A DNA stretch of 44,673 nucleotides from Catajapyx aquilonaris (Eukaryota). Of the stretch, positions 13,001 through 23,100 are shown in pieces. Position numbers and translations under genes: made by a program. The notes beneath the pieces are model-generated. The model made no database searches. It was given only the letters and a program-made list of their open reading frames with translations, and was not told where the DNA came from. Position 1 is the stretch's first letter. Every line of letters begins with the position of its first letter. The DNA is taken from positions 1-44,673 of the forward strand of contig JYFJ02003247.1 in the NCBI GenBank assembly GCA_000934665.2, in the 5' to 3' direction.

Positions 13001-15192
13001 CGACTCAAATTAATGGACTCTTTTTGGACCCAGTTAGCTGCCGTACGCGTGTGTCCGTGTATTTATAACTGTAAGTTATATTTGATATCGTAATGGTGGG
13101 GATTGACAGAGCACCCAGCCAAAGGGGAGGGCCTGCCGTCTCCAACGTTATGCTCAGGGCTGTATATTTGTTCATAGTGACCATAGCCATATCTGAAAAA
13201 TACTTATATCAAAACTCTGTCAAAGCACATATGCATAAAGAATTTGCAGTTACCCCTTGTTACCTAGGCACAGGTGTTGGCTGCAGATGCCAAAATTCAA
13301 TGACAACCTTGAACATGTTGCAAAGGAACAAAATAGTTCTTAATATTGGCAGGTGCATTTTGTTTGCCAAATTTTTTTCTCCCGCACAAACACAAAGTAG
13401 TTGAAGCTACTGTTATGTTGACATGAGCTTGGTTGCAGTTCTAGAAAAAAATAATAATGCATACATTTCCATATTTAAAATGGCATAGCATGAAACAGCC
13501 AAAAAGTCAGGCGACTGACATAGGACAAACATGATTATTTTAATATCGTTGTTTAGCATAAAACCTTAGAATAACATGTAACAATGTCTAATATTGGTTT
13601 CATCTTCATAACCAAACCATTTGTCCAGCTACATTTGCACCTTTTCTACATAACGTGGCAAATAAAATTTTTCACTTTAGGTCTCCTGCCTACTTAATGC
13701 ACTGGCCTGGTTGGCTATATTTACATCCACTGAGATTGTTTCGTTTCAAGGTCTCTCGAACGTACAACTTCACAAAGCCTTCACGTATATAATTATTGGA
13801 ATGTGACTTCAATGAGCCATCAAGTTATTTGTTGTAGCTCTTCTTATTTTACTCAATAATGATGCTGATGATTCGACCAGGGAGCATATACTACATAAGA
13901 GGCGCAAACATTCGATTTTTTTCGTCTCTCTGTTTATGGCGTTGTCAAGGCTGGCGGCCATCTTGAAGTGTGTGGTATGTCAACGAGGTGTAAATAGGGT
14001 ACAGGCAGGCCGTCAAGGTCCGCGGGGTCCGCCATCTTTGATGGTTTGGGCTGCCATGGCAATACACGGCAACAACAATTTACTTACCCATTTTCCAATA
14101 TCGAATTCAAATTCGCGCGTGTTATTGCCGTGTATTGCCATGGCTGCCAAAACCATCAAAGATGGCGGACCTTATTTTTGCCTGTACCCTATTTATACCT
14201 CGTTGGCATCCCACACAGGTCAAGATGGCCGCCGGCCTTAGTAACGCCCTATAAACAGAGAGACGCTAACAACAATGGCCTGACAGAAATTTGCGCCTCT
14301 TATGTAGTATATGCTCCCTGATTCGACCCTATGCCAGGTGCCTTTTTGTGGCAACCAACTCAAGATATATTGAAACTCTAATTTTAGTATCACCACCGTC
14401 ACAGGCCACACCTCAATGACTTTTTGAAAGAGCTTCACTTTCGAACATAACTCGTTTTTTGTTCCCTCACTGAACCAAATGCACAGGCTTTTGCCCTTCA
14501 CATGCACCAGTCAGTTACCAGTCAAGGTTCCAGGGTTCTCCTATTCCGATATATGAGACATGAATGTGCAGCTCTCATTTCCAGCTGATTATGGCTCTTC
14601 CTATTTGGTGTAGCTGTACAACAAAAGCCTCCTTAAGTGCCTGCGCAAACTATTACCTTCGACTAAGCCTACAGGGTGGTGCATTGCCCAAATCCCCACC
14701 TCAAAACAGGTGCAGGCAAAAAAGTTATGGGCTGTTAACTCTCAGAAACCAGTTTAAAGAGAAGGAGACTGCAAGAAAAATACTCAGGGCCACATCCCAT
14801 CCTTACTACTTGTATTACTACATTTCTGGAGCAAACCATCTATAACTGTATATCATTTGGGGGGGGGNGGGGGGGCACGAAGTGGCAGTGCGGTAACACG
14901 CGCCCACGGATGGAAGGGTCCCTGGTTCGATACCAAGCATGGCCATTCCCCCCTTTCATCTGGTGCGGAGTTCGGGGTCGTCTCCGGCTTCGTCTAGGGT
15001 GGGATTTCCAATAGACGAACAACCCGGGGGAGCTCACAAAATGACCATATCACCGACATTGCACTGCACACTGCACATCCCCTCCCAGTCACCCTGCCCT
15101 TAGACCAGGGCTCTTCGCTGTCAAACTAAATGTATACGTTGACAAAATAAAGGTCTGTGCCAAGACCTCATCTGAGGTACGACACTATACCC

Positions 15193-15266
<74 letters not shown>

Positions 15267-18200
15267 CATTAGGGGGCATTTGAGATCAGCATGTCTGGTT
15301 TCCAAAAAATAGCATGTTAACTGGCGAGCACTTCCCAAGAGAGAGAAAACACTAGTTTGAGACACATTACATGACAGGTAAAACTAATTATTTATACAAC
15401 TGCATCTACACATCTACGAGGGCTGTAAATAAAATAGTGGCAACTACATCTCTACAAATCAGTGAAATGTAGGAAGTTTTACACTGCTCATGCCACAGAT
15501 AGGTTGGGTCTTGATCTAACCTAAGGACATAATGGGATCGTCCCACCTCAATATGCGCATACACAGTAAAAAGTATAATGTGAGCTGTTGCGATCACGGG
15601 TCTAAAGGCGATGTTTTCCAAATTTGAGCAAAGGCGCTGGTTAAAAATTTTCAATTTGTCATGAAGGGCTTTTACAGGCTTGTGGGAAACATGCATTTCC
15701 ACATAGAAAGGTTGCAAGGTGGACAAAAGCCTTCCGTCAGAGAAGGCAAAAAGTGGCAAAAAAGGAAATGCAAGTAAAGAACAAGTAGCTGCTGTTTCAT
15801 GGAGAACGATCAGAGGTAGACAGTTAGTGAGTTAGCCAGTGAGACGTACTTGTCGACTATGACTATCTATCCTGACCATTCTTAAGAAACGTGTGAGTAT
15901 GACTATCCCAGACCTTCTTGGCGCTTTAGACCGTTCTATACGAAACATCAACCAAACCAGTGCTGCCAATGGTATCCTTCGACTTCCACATCGCTAAAGA
16001 TGGGTGTTACATAATGTTGGTGACTACATTGAAGGACTTTGAAAATCTGAAGTTGCCATGTACGTATTTCCAGTCCCAAGTTATTAAATAGTTGCCATTA
16101 TTTTATTTACAGCCCTTGTACATAAATGAGTAAGTTTGTTCGTGGCTTCTCTATAGAAATCCAGAGGAATGTTCCTACAACGTCTTAAACTAGCATTCCA
16201 GGGGTTACTTTTTTCGAGAAATTAAATGGCGCATGTTTCAGCTTCCGATGAGCCATTCTCCCACGACACTCTGTACCTCCTCCCCTTGAACTATCATTCC
16301 ACAACAATATCAACAATAAATTGTATTTTTTTGAGGTCATATCCATGGAAACTTGAAAAGTGAGAATTTCCCGAGGTGCATTATCAGCGATATCGGGTGT
16401 CCGCTTTCTGCGTATTTCTCCATCAAATGCCTTCAAAGAAGCGTTACACTTTTGGACAATCTCCTGCTGCACAGAGGGAACAACACAACAAGGGCTTTAC
16501 ATTTCTACATTTATCTAAACTGACTTTGCAACATGTGCAACAAATTTGGCTCTGGAATCATCAAGAATTGCTGCAATAATTGAAGCGTATGGTGCAAGAA
16601 GGGGGTAAGTCAATTTTTGATTGGCGTTCATTTAATGGGTAGACTGTATATTGATAAAAACTTGCCGGATCGTTTGGTACAAGAACAGGAATCATCGCCC
16701 TGTGCAGGGTGACACCCTTCTGCCCTTCACACGTAATGACAAACTTTGGCTTATTGTTTTCAATTAGCCTACTACGCAATGACCAGTTTTAAGGGCTCCG
16801 AATACCTATGTGATTTTTCAGAATCGCGTCCTAAGTTTGGCCGAGTCACGGGCGCAGCGTTCTCTTTGCACCGCTGACGCAGGCATCTCGCTGGAGGTAC
16901 GGACCTGAAATTTTCACAGAATGGTGAGGAAAGCCCAATTGAGCCCCCGACTGAGTTTTGATCCATTAGAATAATAATTACGAGATCTACAAGGGGAAGA
17001 GTTTTCGAAAATAAGCTCACGACATCTTGGCTCCGGATTCGAATTTGGAAAAGATCTCGAAGTTGCGCGATGGCAAAGTTGTCCTCTCTTACTCCTCCAA
17101 AGTGCGATTAATTTGGGCTATTGGTTTTTGCACAGCCATTAAAAAGGTTTCACCTCATCTCGTAAAATCGGAGGTAGTACTTCCGAAATAGAACAGTTGG
17201 TTCCCTGTTGCCCACACGCTTTTTAAATATTTAGCCCGAACCAGTTCCCTGGCAACCTGGACAGGGAACCAACTGTTCCAGGTTCGAAAGTTCTCCGCCG
17301 ATTTTACGAGGTGAGGTGGTGAAACCGTTTTAATAGGTGTGAAAAAACCAATAGCCCAAATTAATCATGCTTTGGAGGAGTAAGAGAGGACAACTTTTGC
17401 CATCACACAACTTAAGAGATATTTTCCAAATTCCAATCCGTAGCCATTTTTCAAAATCTCTTCCCCTTGTAGATCTCGCAATTATCATTCTAATTGATCA
17501 AAATTCCATCGGGGGCTCAATTGGCCCTTCCTCGCCATGATGTGAAAATTTCAGGTCCGTACCTCCAGCGAGACGCCCGCATCAGCGGTGCAAAGAGAAC
17601 GCTGCACCCGTGACTCGGCCACACTTGGAACACGCTTCTGAAAAATCGCATACGTATCCCGCACCCGTAAGGCATATCAAATGTACATGGAATGCGAATT
17701 TTATAAACAAATAAGATTCCTAATAATAATACACACATGGATACACCGACCACTACAACATACCCGGGCAACGCAGAGTAACCTGCTAGTGTTTAATAAT
17801 GTAGTTCGCAGCAGCACTGGCAAAAATGTCATTTACACCCAACGTCCTGCTGGCATCCAGGAAGAATGGAAGGTTTTGCTAAGAGGTTGCATGAGGAGAG
17901 TGCATGTTCAGTTATTCTGACATGCTAAAATTTGCCAGGCTCAGGAATACCAGCTCTACACAAAGAGGGTCCATCACATTTTTACAGATACAGATGTAAG
18001 GTCAATAATTAGAAAATGTAACAATGCACAGTATTCAATAATGAAATCTGTGAAGCAATTTGCACAGCACCAAGGAATCTCAACCAGGTCCACTCTCTAT
18101 TTGGTTTGCTAAAGTGCATTCACAACATGAATTTGTACTGGTCCTTCCCCCTACTAGTTGTATGGTGCCTGGATATAACTGACAAGCACTTGACACAAAT

Positions 18201-18472
18201 ATATTGGACTACAATTATTATATTGTGGGCATGTAAGAACTAAGCTTTGCTGTGTATCATCTCGAAACTGGGTTTTTGCCCGTGGCATGTAACATCCCAA
18301 ATATTTTATGCTATATTTATACACTATATCCACTGCACATGGCATGACAACCCCCCACATCTTCTCCCAGGCTGTCATACTCACCGCTCCCAAGTGAGAG
18401 TAGCCCGAGCAGCACTCCGGCCAGGAGCACCTGCCCTGCCATCCCTCTGGCAGCAGCTGCAGCGGCCACCAT
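3952..18472 (-). CDS. babo: Activin/TGF-beta type I receptor Ser/Thr kinase Baboon (ALK4/5/7-like), full gene span, 9 exons per isoform, ~518/522/526 aa
   Basis: Spliced exons 18472-18385, 12835-12718, one of (10046-9880 | 9326-9172 | 8402-8224), 5899-5645, 5558-5325, 5210-4870, 4788-4680, 4614-4484, 4077-3952. All introns are GT-AG and phase-consistent. Motifs: signal peptide, Cys-rich ectodomain with CCx5CN, TM, GS box [18 protein letters not shown]45 loop ADNKDNGTW (Smad2/3 type), [30 protein letters not shown]. Confidence 0.96.
4484..4614 (-). CDS. babo: babo kinase exon
   Basis: [43 protein letters not shown]. Confidence 0.95.
4680..4788 (-). CDS. babo: babo kinase exon
   Basis: [36 protein letters not shown]. 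Confidence 0.95.
4870..5210 (-). CDS. babo: babo kinase exon (catalytic and activation loops)
   Basis: [19 protein letters not shown]...HRDLKSKN...DLGLA...GTKRYMAPE. Confidence 0.96.
5325..5558 (-). CDS. babo: babo kinase N-lobe exon
   Basis: [16 protein letters not shown]...[11 protein letters not shown]...VAVKIFSS...GFIAADNK. Confidence 0.95.
5645..5899 (-). CDS. babo: babo transmembrane + GS-box exon
   Basis: [24 protein letters not shown] segment then [17 protein letters not shown] acceptor, GTGAGT donor. Confidence 0.93.
8224..8402 (-). CDS. babo: babo mutually exclusive ectodomain exon, 3'-most ([16 protein letters not shown]...[15 protein letters not shown])
   Basis: 179 nt, phase 2 to phase 1, TAG acceptor, GTGAGC donor, Cys-box CCx5CN. 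Confidence 0.92.
8481..8620. repeat. ~140-bp inverted dispersed duplicate of 184-324
   Basis: Reverse complement matches 184-324 with one 1-nt indel and one substitution that I could see. Confidence 0.92.
9172..9326 (-). CDS. babo: babo mutually exclusive ectodomain exon, middle ([16 protein letters not shown]...[15 protein letters not shown])
   Basis: 155 nt, phase 2 to phase 1, CAG acceptor, GTAGGT donor, Cys-box CCx5CN. Confidence 0.92.
9880..10046 (-). CDS. babo: babo mutually exclusive ectodomain exon, 5'-most ([16 protein letters not shown]...[15 protein letters not shown])
   Basis: 167 nt, phase 2 to phase 1, AAG acceptor, GTAAGG donor, Cys-box CCx5CN. Confidence 0.9.
11041..11185. 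repeat. Small inverted-repeat element with an internal GGTACTCC tandem array
   Basis: Ends aagggggtaaccact ... agtggttaacccctt; about 6 copies or variants of ggtactcc inside. Confidence 0.6.
11459..11628. mobile_element. PIF/Harbinger (Tourist-like) MITE, 170 bp
   Basis: ~65-bp TIRs AGGCCCATACACACAGGCGGTCGACGG..., TTA target duplication on both sides. Confidence 0.88.
11720..12299. mobile_element. PIF/Harbinger-type MITE, 580 bp
   Basis: ~31-bp TIRs AGGCCYGTTTCCAAAGAAGCTTCAGCTTGAA, TTA flanks, internal partial TIR copy near 12197-12210. Confidence 0.85.
12718..12835 (-). CDS. babo: babo constitutive ectodomain exon ([40 protein letters not shown])
   Basis: N-terminal half of the activin receptor domain with 5 Cys; CAG acceptor, phase-2 GTAAC donor. 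Confidence 0.93.
12946..13162. mobile_element. Tc1/mariner-type MITE
   Basis: TIRs CAGTCCTGAGCATAAAATTGGAGA / TCTCCAACGTTATGCTCAGGGCTG, TA flanks. Confidence 0.8.
13878..14320. mobile_element. Near-palindromic MITE, probably P-superfamily-like (CAGGG ends, 7-bp TSD ATTCGAC)
   Basis: 31-bp perfect TIR CAGGGAGCATATACTACATAAGAGGCGCAAA plus extensive internal symmetry; ATTCGAC at 13871-13877 and 14321-14327. Confidence 0.82.
14871..15263 (+). mobile_element. tRNA-derived SINE with (TAT)n tail
   Basis: A-box-like TGGCAGTGCGG 14883-14893, B-box GGTTCGATACC 14924-14934, (TAT)n tail ~15193-15263, imperfect TSD TATATCATT(T/A)GGGGG at 14849-14863 and 15262-15276. Confidence 0.78.
15417..16118 (+). 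mobile_element. Internally deleted mariner transposon
   Basis: TIRs CGAGGGCTGTAAATAAAATAGTGGCAACT / AGTTGCCATTATTTTATTTACAGCCCTTG, TA flanks; transposase remnants [13 protein letters not shown] (from 15611) and [22 protein letters not shown] (~15971-16042). Confidence 0.88.
16793..17666. mobile_element. Foldback-type non-autonomous DNA element with ~410-bp inverted arms (possibly Kolobok-like)
   Basis: Arms ~16793-17210 and ~17260-17666 are reverse complements with moderate divergence; GGG...CCC ends; flanks TTAA / GTAA. Confidence 0.8.
18385..18472 (-). CDS. babo: babo coding exon 1 (signal peptide [29 protein letters not shown])
   Basis: CACCATGG Kozak context with an in-frame TGA upstream, hydrophobic core, and a phase-1 GTGAGT donor that joins the GLKCHC exon in frame. 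Confidence 0.8.
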
Positions 18473-18928
18473 GGTGTCCCTGCCTCAGTCCCTCACTCTG
18501 TCCTCTCTCTGGAGCCTCCAGTCATGTCCCCTGCTCCAAAGTGGACCAAGTCCCTCTCCTTCCAAGGGAACCACTAGGCCTAGCCCAGTGGAACACTCCA
18601 AGCTGGCTCTGCTGAGGGGCAGATCAGCCCTCTTCCCCCCCAGTGTCTTCTTGGCCCCCACACGCGCAGCACCGCCCGTCCTCTCCGGATGGCGACTGCG
18701 AACAGGGCAGGAGGAATGGACGGTCACAAATCAGCAACCCAACTCTTCCTTCCCCGTCGTCCTTTGCAGGCTCAGCAGCCCAACAGGAACAGGCGCAGTG
18801 CCCACCACCACCACCACCACCACCACTCAACCAGGGTTGGAACTACACGGTTGTCCTTCACACGGGAAGGGGCACGGGTTTATTTCCAACACTGCCACTG
18901 GTGACATTGCCCTCTCCGCAGGGGGGGT

Positions 18929-18971
18929 GTGACGTCACTATAGGGGGAAGGTGGGGGGGAGTGGGCGGGGG
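18929..18971. promoter_or_regulatory. Candidate babo proximal promoter: perfect CRE (TGACGTCA) next to a G-rich GC-box tract
   Basis: GTGACGTCAC palindrome at 18929-18938 and GGGCGG at 18963-18968, ~460 nt upstream of the ATG at the edge of a GC-rich leader. Confidence 0.45.
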
Positions 18972-19195
18972 AATTGAACCAGAGCCCTTTCGTTTATACT
19001 TATGACGCTTATAGATATGAGGAGGGGGGATTGAATGCGCAGCAGTATTTCTATGGCATCTTGGTAAAGATTGCACCGGAAGTGGGTAGGCGGATGTTAC
19101 AGGTTTCAGTGGAAACTTATTGTTCAGCACAACTTCCACTCTGAGAGACAATAAGCTTCTTATTAGGTTTCACCAAATATTATATAGTTAGTCGT

Positions 19196-19333
19196 CACTT
19201 CCAAGAGTAAGGAAACAAATCTGAAGCTCCAAATAGCTCCTACATCTTCCTGACAAGTCGTGAGAAATAGGCCTGCCTCTCTTGGAGGCTACTTATTTTG
19301 AGCTTCAGGTCTGCTACCTTACTCCTGGAAGTG
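19196..19333. repeat. Imperfect 138-bp hairpin (degenerate MITE)
   Basis: cacttccaagagtaaggaaacaaatctgaagctccaaata versus tattttgagcttcaggtctgctaccttactcctggaagtg. Confidence 0.65.
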
Positions 19334-19675
19334 GGTGTAGAGCATCTATTGCCGTTTGACTGGAAATTTTGCTTTTATCAGGAGATGATGGGAAGCGTGT
19401 TACAAAGGGAAAACCTCCATTCCAATCATGGCGGGTGAAAAGAGGTGCTTCTGATTGCACGGGTGGAGAGAGTTTTTCTACTTGGCACCTTATTTTATTG
19501 CTTCCATTCTTCCACTGTTTGCCTTTTTCCCTGTTGTGTGACTAGCCCCGTTCTCACTCGCCTCTTACTTTATTGCCCTTGACTATAGACGCGAGATAGC
19601 ATGCTGGACATGAATCAAACTTTCTCGTTGGAAGTTGCTCGTGCTGATTTCCTGTTACTATTCGTCTAATAAGTA

Positions 19676-20146
19676 CTGTAGAACGGGGTGACGTTGGCCA
19701 CCGGGGTGAACTTGGCCACAATTTCAAAAATGTCAGTAATGAATGTTTAAGATAATATTTGTCATAAAAATGATACTTTCAAATTCGCTTTCAACCACGC
19801 CATGTCATTATGGCAGCGTTTAGCATAATTATAATTAAGTTGTAGCCTACACCAAAAAGAATCGTCACTGTCGTAAGCCAACGAAATTCCTGCTCAGAGC
19901 AGTGCGTTTGTAAAGGGGAAAATTAGGTGGAAAGCCCACCAACCCCAACAGGTGGGCCATGACGTTATAAATTCTCATAAGAAGTATATTGTACAATGGA
20001 AAATTTCTTTACACTCGCCCTTTTGGCCAGCATTGTCCAACACGACCTTAAAAAATTTCACAGTCGTGGGTTAATACAGTACAGGGTTCATACTTATACG
20101 GCATTCGTAAGACAAATTTTTGGACCAAGTTCATCCCGATTGACGG
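19676..20146. mobile_element. Degenerate pogo/Tc1-like MITE
   Basis: TA flanks; ends CTGTAGAACGGGGTGACGTTGGCCA / TGGACCAAGTTCATCCCGATTGACGG, with a duplicated subterminal CGGGGTGA motif. Confidence 0.6.
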
Positions 20147-23100
20147 TAGAAAACATGTCCTCATGTTAATGTACCAAGCTTAATAATTTAAAATACTCAC
20201 AAAAGTTAAACTACAATCCTATATTACATACCACGTGGTAAGCAGCATGAAAAGGATTGAAAAAGGAAAGGTTTTCTCATATGCGAGGCAACCCGGTATG
20301 CACTATGGGTCATATGTCACTGTGGGTCATATTCTATTCTCATACGTGAGTGTGGCAGGTAGTGGCACTCACAGGATATAGACATATGCTACAGTATAAA
20401 CTACCAACCGCAATAATACTGTTTTGTCAAGGTTATCCGCAGACCTCACGAGTGTGACCGGACTCTCACACTCATTTTAGACCAGCACCGAAGCATATGT
20501 GACCTTTCACTCAGGAGCAACGTGTAGGATTTAGCCTGTGACTGAATACCCTTGGCATATGCACATTTTATTATACTTGAACATGACTCACGACGTGTAC
20601 GCACCGGAAGCATACATCATAAAAAGCACATGCTTGAATGTGGCATGGACTTGGGCAAATATGACCACCATCGTAAGAGAAACGGATCAACTGACAGGCC
20701 GTCATATTTTATTCCGCCATAAATGTCAGGGTGCCGAAGAGCATTTGAAGGGCGAGGATTCCCCGCGGTTCCGGAGTTCATTCCCTTCAGAGAGTTCGCT
20801 CCTTCACACACACACACAACCTTACTATATGCCTACCTGACTTGCTCTTGGAAAAATAAGCAGTGACAAAATTAACGCGCGCATTTCCCACCACCTCAAC
20901 ATGTTGCTTTGGCGGTTCATTAGCCTGCAATCCAGTGCGTGACATACAAAGGAGCTTGCCGATATACATCTGCTGGGCAACTTATTTTATCATACGCACA
21001 GCATTTGCAATGACGAGTGTAAATAGTGCAAGACTTATTTGGCAGTGCTTATTATAACTTTAATAGCCTTCGGTCGGCCTCAGATAAGGGCAGCTGGGGG
21101 AGCCAAAACTCCAGCTTGACATCTCCCTTCTTTCATACCAAAAATAGGCTCTTCCTTTTAGAGAGCTCCCATTCACGCACCCACATTCACACATCCTGTT
21201 TTAGTACACATACTGTATGTGTGTTACTCGAGCCTGGCAATGAACCGGGGGTAATTACAGCCCTATCTTTATACCCAGTCCTGCAGAAACATTACGGAAT
21301 GTAATCTCTCTCGTACGTGAGGTGATGAGAGAGTTAACTTGGATTTGTATTATATCTCGTAGTTAGGTGTCAGTGTGCCGCAGAGGATGTGTTGTGGAAA
21401 CCAGTAGCAATCTTCTGCGGGTGAGATAAGAGGAGATAAGGGACATCGCCTGATGGTGTTGTCAGCTAGGGAGAAACCTCTTTCTCCCCCCCCCCCTTTT
21501 TTCGAGAGAGATAATTACACCGAAGTAAACAATTGCATCGAAATTGTTGGCATTGATCCATTCGCATTGCAATAAATTATGTGACCAGCACATTTTAAGA
21601 ACTGTGGAATTTTAATAATTATTATATTATAGGCTCTATCCCTTTCAACGTTTTATTACTATTATTAGTGCAATAGTATACAATTCCTTCCAAATATGGG
21701 CATGTTCCACCTGTGCAATTTTGCAATGTGTGAGCTACGGTACCGACTGACACGAGTGTCGAGAATATTAATGAAAATGAGAGGCAGGTGTGACTTTACT
21801 AGCCGATTCTGTCAGAAAGGTCGCCGTGCAATGATGATATATTGCAGTAAGGCATTTCCTGCTCGAGGTCAAGTACTACAGGAAGAGAAAACAACGCGAT
21901 ATGTGGTATCTCGGAAACGGGGTGGGTGGCGTGACACGGCGAGGAACTTTGACCCTGTGACTCGATGCGATGCGGGCTTCAACGGAAATGCTTCAGAGCT
22001 GTCGAGGCAGATTCCTCTGACACTCCGAAATCTTGGCACACGAATGTATGTACAGCATGCTGCAGCAGTGACAAAAATAAGGGGGGTGTGAAGGGAAGGA
22101 TGAAAGCCATGGGGGGGGGGGTCTACGCATGACGTTTCTGAGCTCTTTGTCCACACCCACCAAGACACGTGGTTATCGGACAGTTGGTGACGCAAGGACA
22201 CCAATGCAAATATATAGAGCAAGGTCACATGTGATAATGGAACTTGCGTCGTCAACCAGAAGCACCTTTAACTGCCATAAGCAAGACCTTTCGATAAGAC
22301 ACGATTATTTTCAATTGAATTGTTCGCGGTATTGATTGCAACATTGCTGTCAACAATAGTCGATAATCAAGTTTCGAAATTCACATTCTCGGAAACTTCT
22401 TTTGTTGGAGGGGCTTCCTATTTCAGTTGCACAAAAAAAGCAATCTGCTGGACCTTCCAAGGGCTTCACATTTGCTTGTCGCAAGTGTAAAAATGACGAC
22501 ACACTGACATTGCAGGCACAGGAAGTAATTGAGCAACCACATCAACAGCCAGGAGGAAAAGGATGTCAAATGTCAGCGAGAATTTCGGCCTCCTTCGAGG
22601 CCAGTAGTTTATCAAGTGCATCTTGATGAGAATCGGATTACATGTATTATTGTCACTAGCTTACCGTCCACCTGTCACTTCAAAGGTCGCTGGCCCGCAC
22701 ACGACTGATAAGGTTTTCAGAAGAGGCGGTCTCTTTGAATTGGTATGATCGGCTGAAAGCTAGAGGAAATGCGAGCACCCAGCAATGAAGCATCACTTGA
22801 TGATTCAATCGAAGGCTTCCTTCGAGCTTCAATGGACACGAATATGAATGGTTAATATGATGACTGTGAGAACCCATGAATTTTTATTAGGCGGGCTATG
22901 GGAGCTTGGTTATCATGCTTCATGAATTATTATCCTTCGTAATGGAAGGTTGAAAAAAAAACACATGGTCCAATGATCCCCTGCTGTTGCATTCTTTCTT
23001 TTCAATTGTAGCAATAGTATCAATAAACTCATCATATATTGTGCACATTTTTATTGCTGCAGTTTTCCTCATTTGGTATGGAAATATTTACTACAAAATG

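Noticed and set aside
14859..14875. Poly-G run containing an N
   Set aside because: Homopolymer sequencing ambiguity at the SINE 5' junction, not a biological feature
14871..14950. tRNA gene
   Set aside because: A and B boxes are present but there is no cloverleaf; the body, (TAT)n tail and TSD indicate a SINE
16185..16779. Short minus-strand ORFs in babo intron 1, considered as extra exons
   Set aside because: No receptor-like sequence, and exon 1 already joins exon 2 in frame
18247..19151. Several overlapping long ORFs on both strands
   Set aside because: Artefacts of the GC-rich babo leader and promoter; low-complexity translations
22290..22626. Possible transposase zinc-ribbon remnant (FACRKCK)
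   Set aside because: A single CxxC only; no TIRs or catalytic motifs visible
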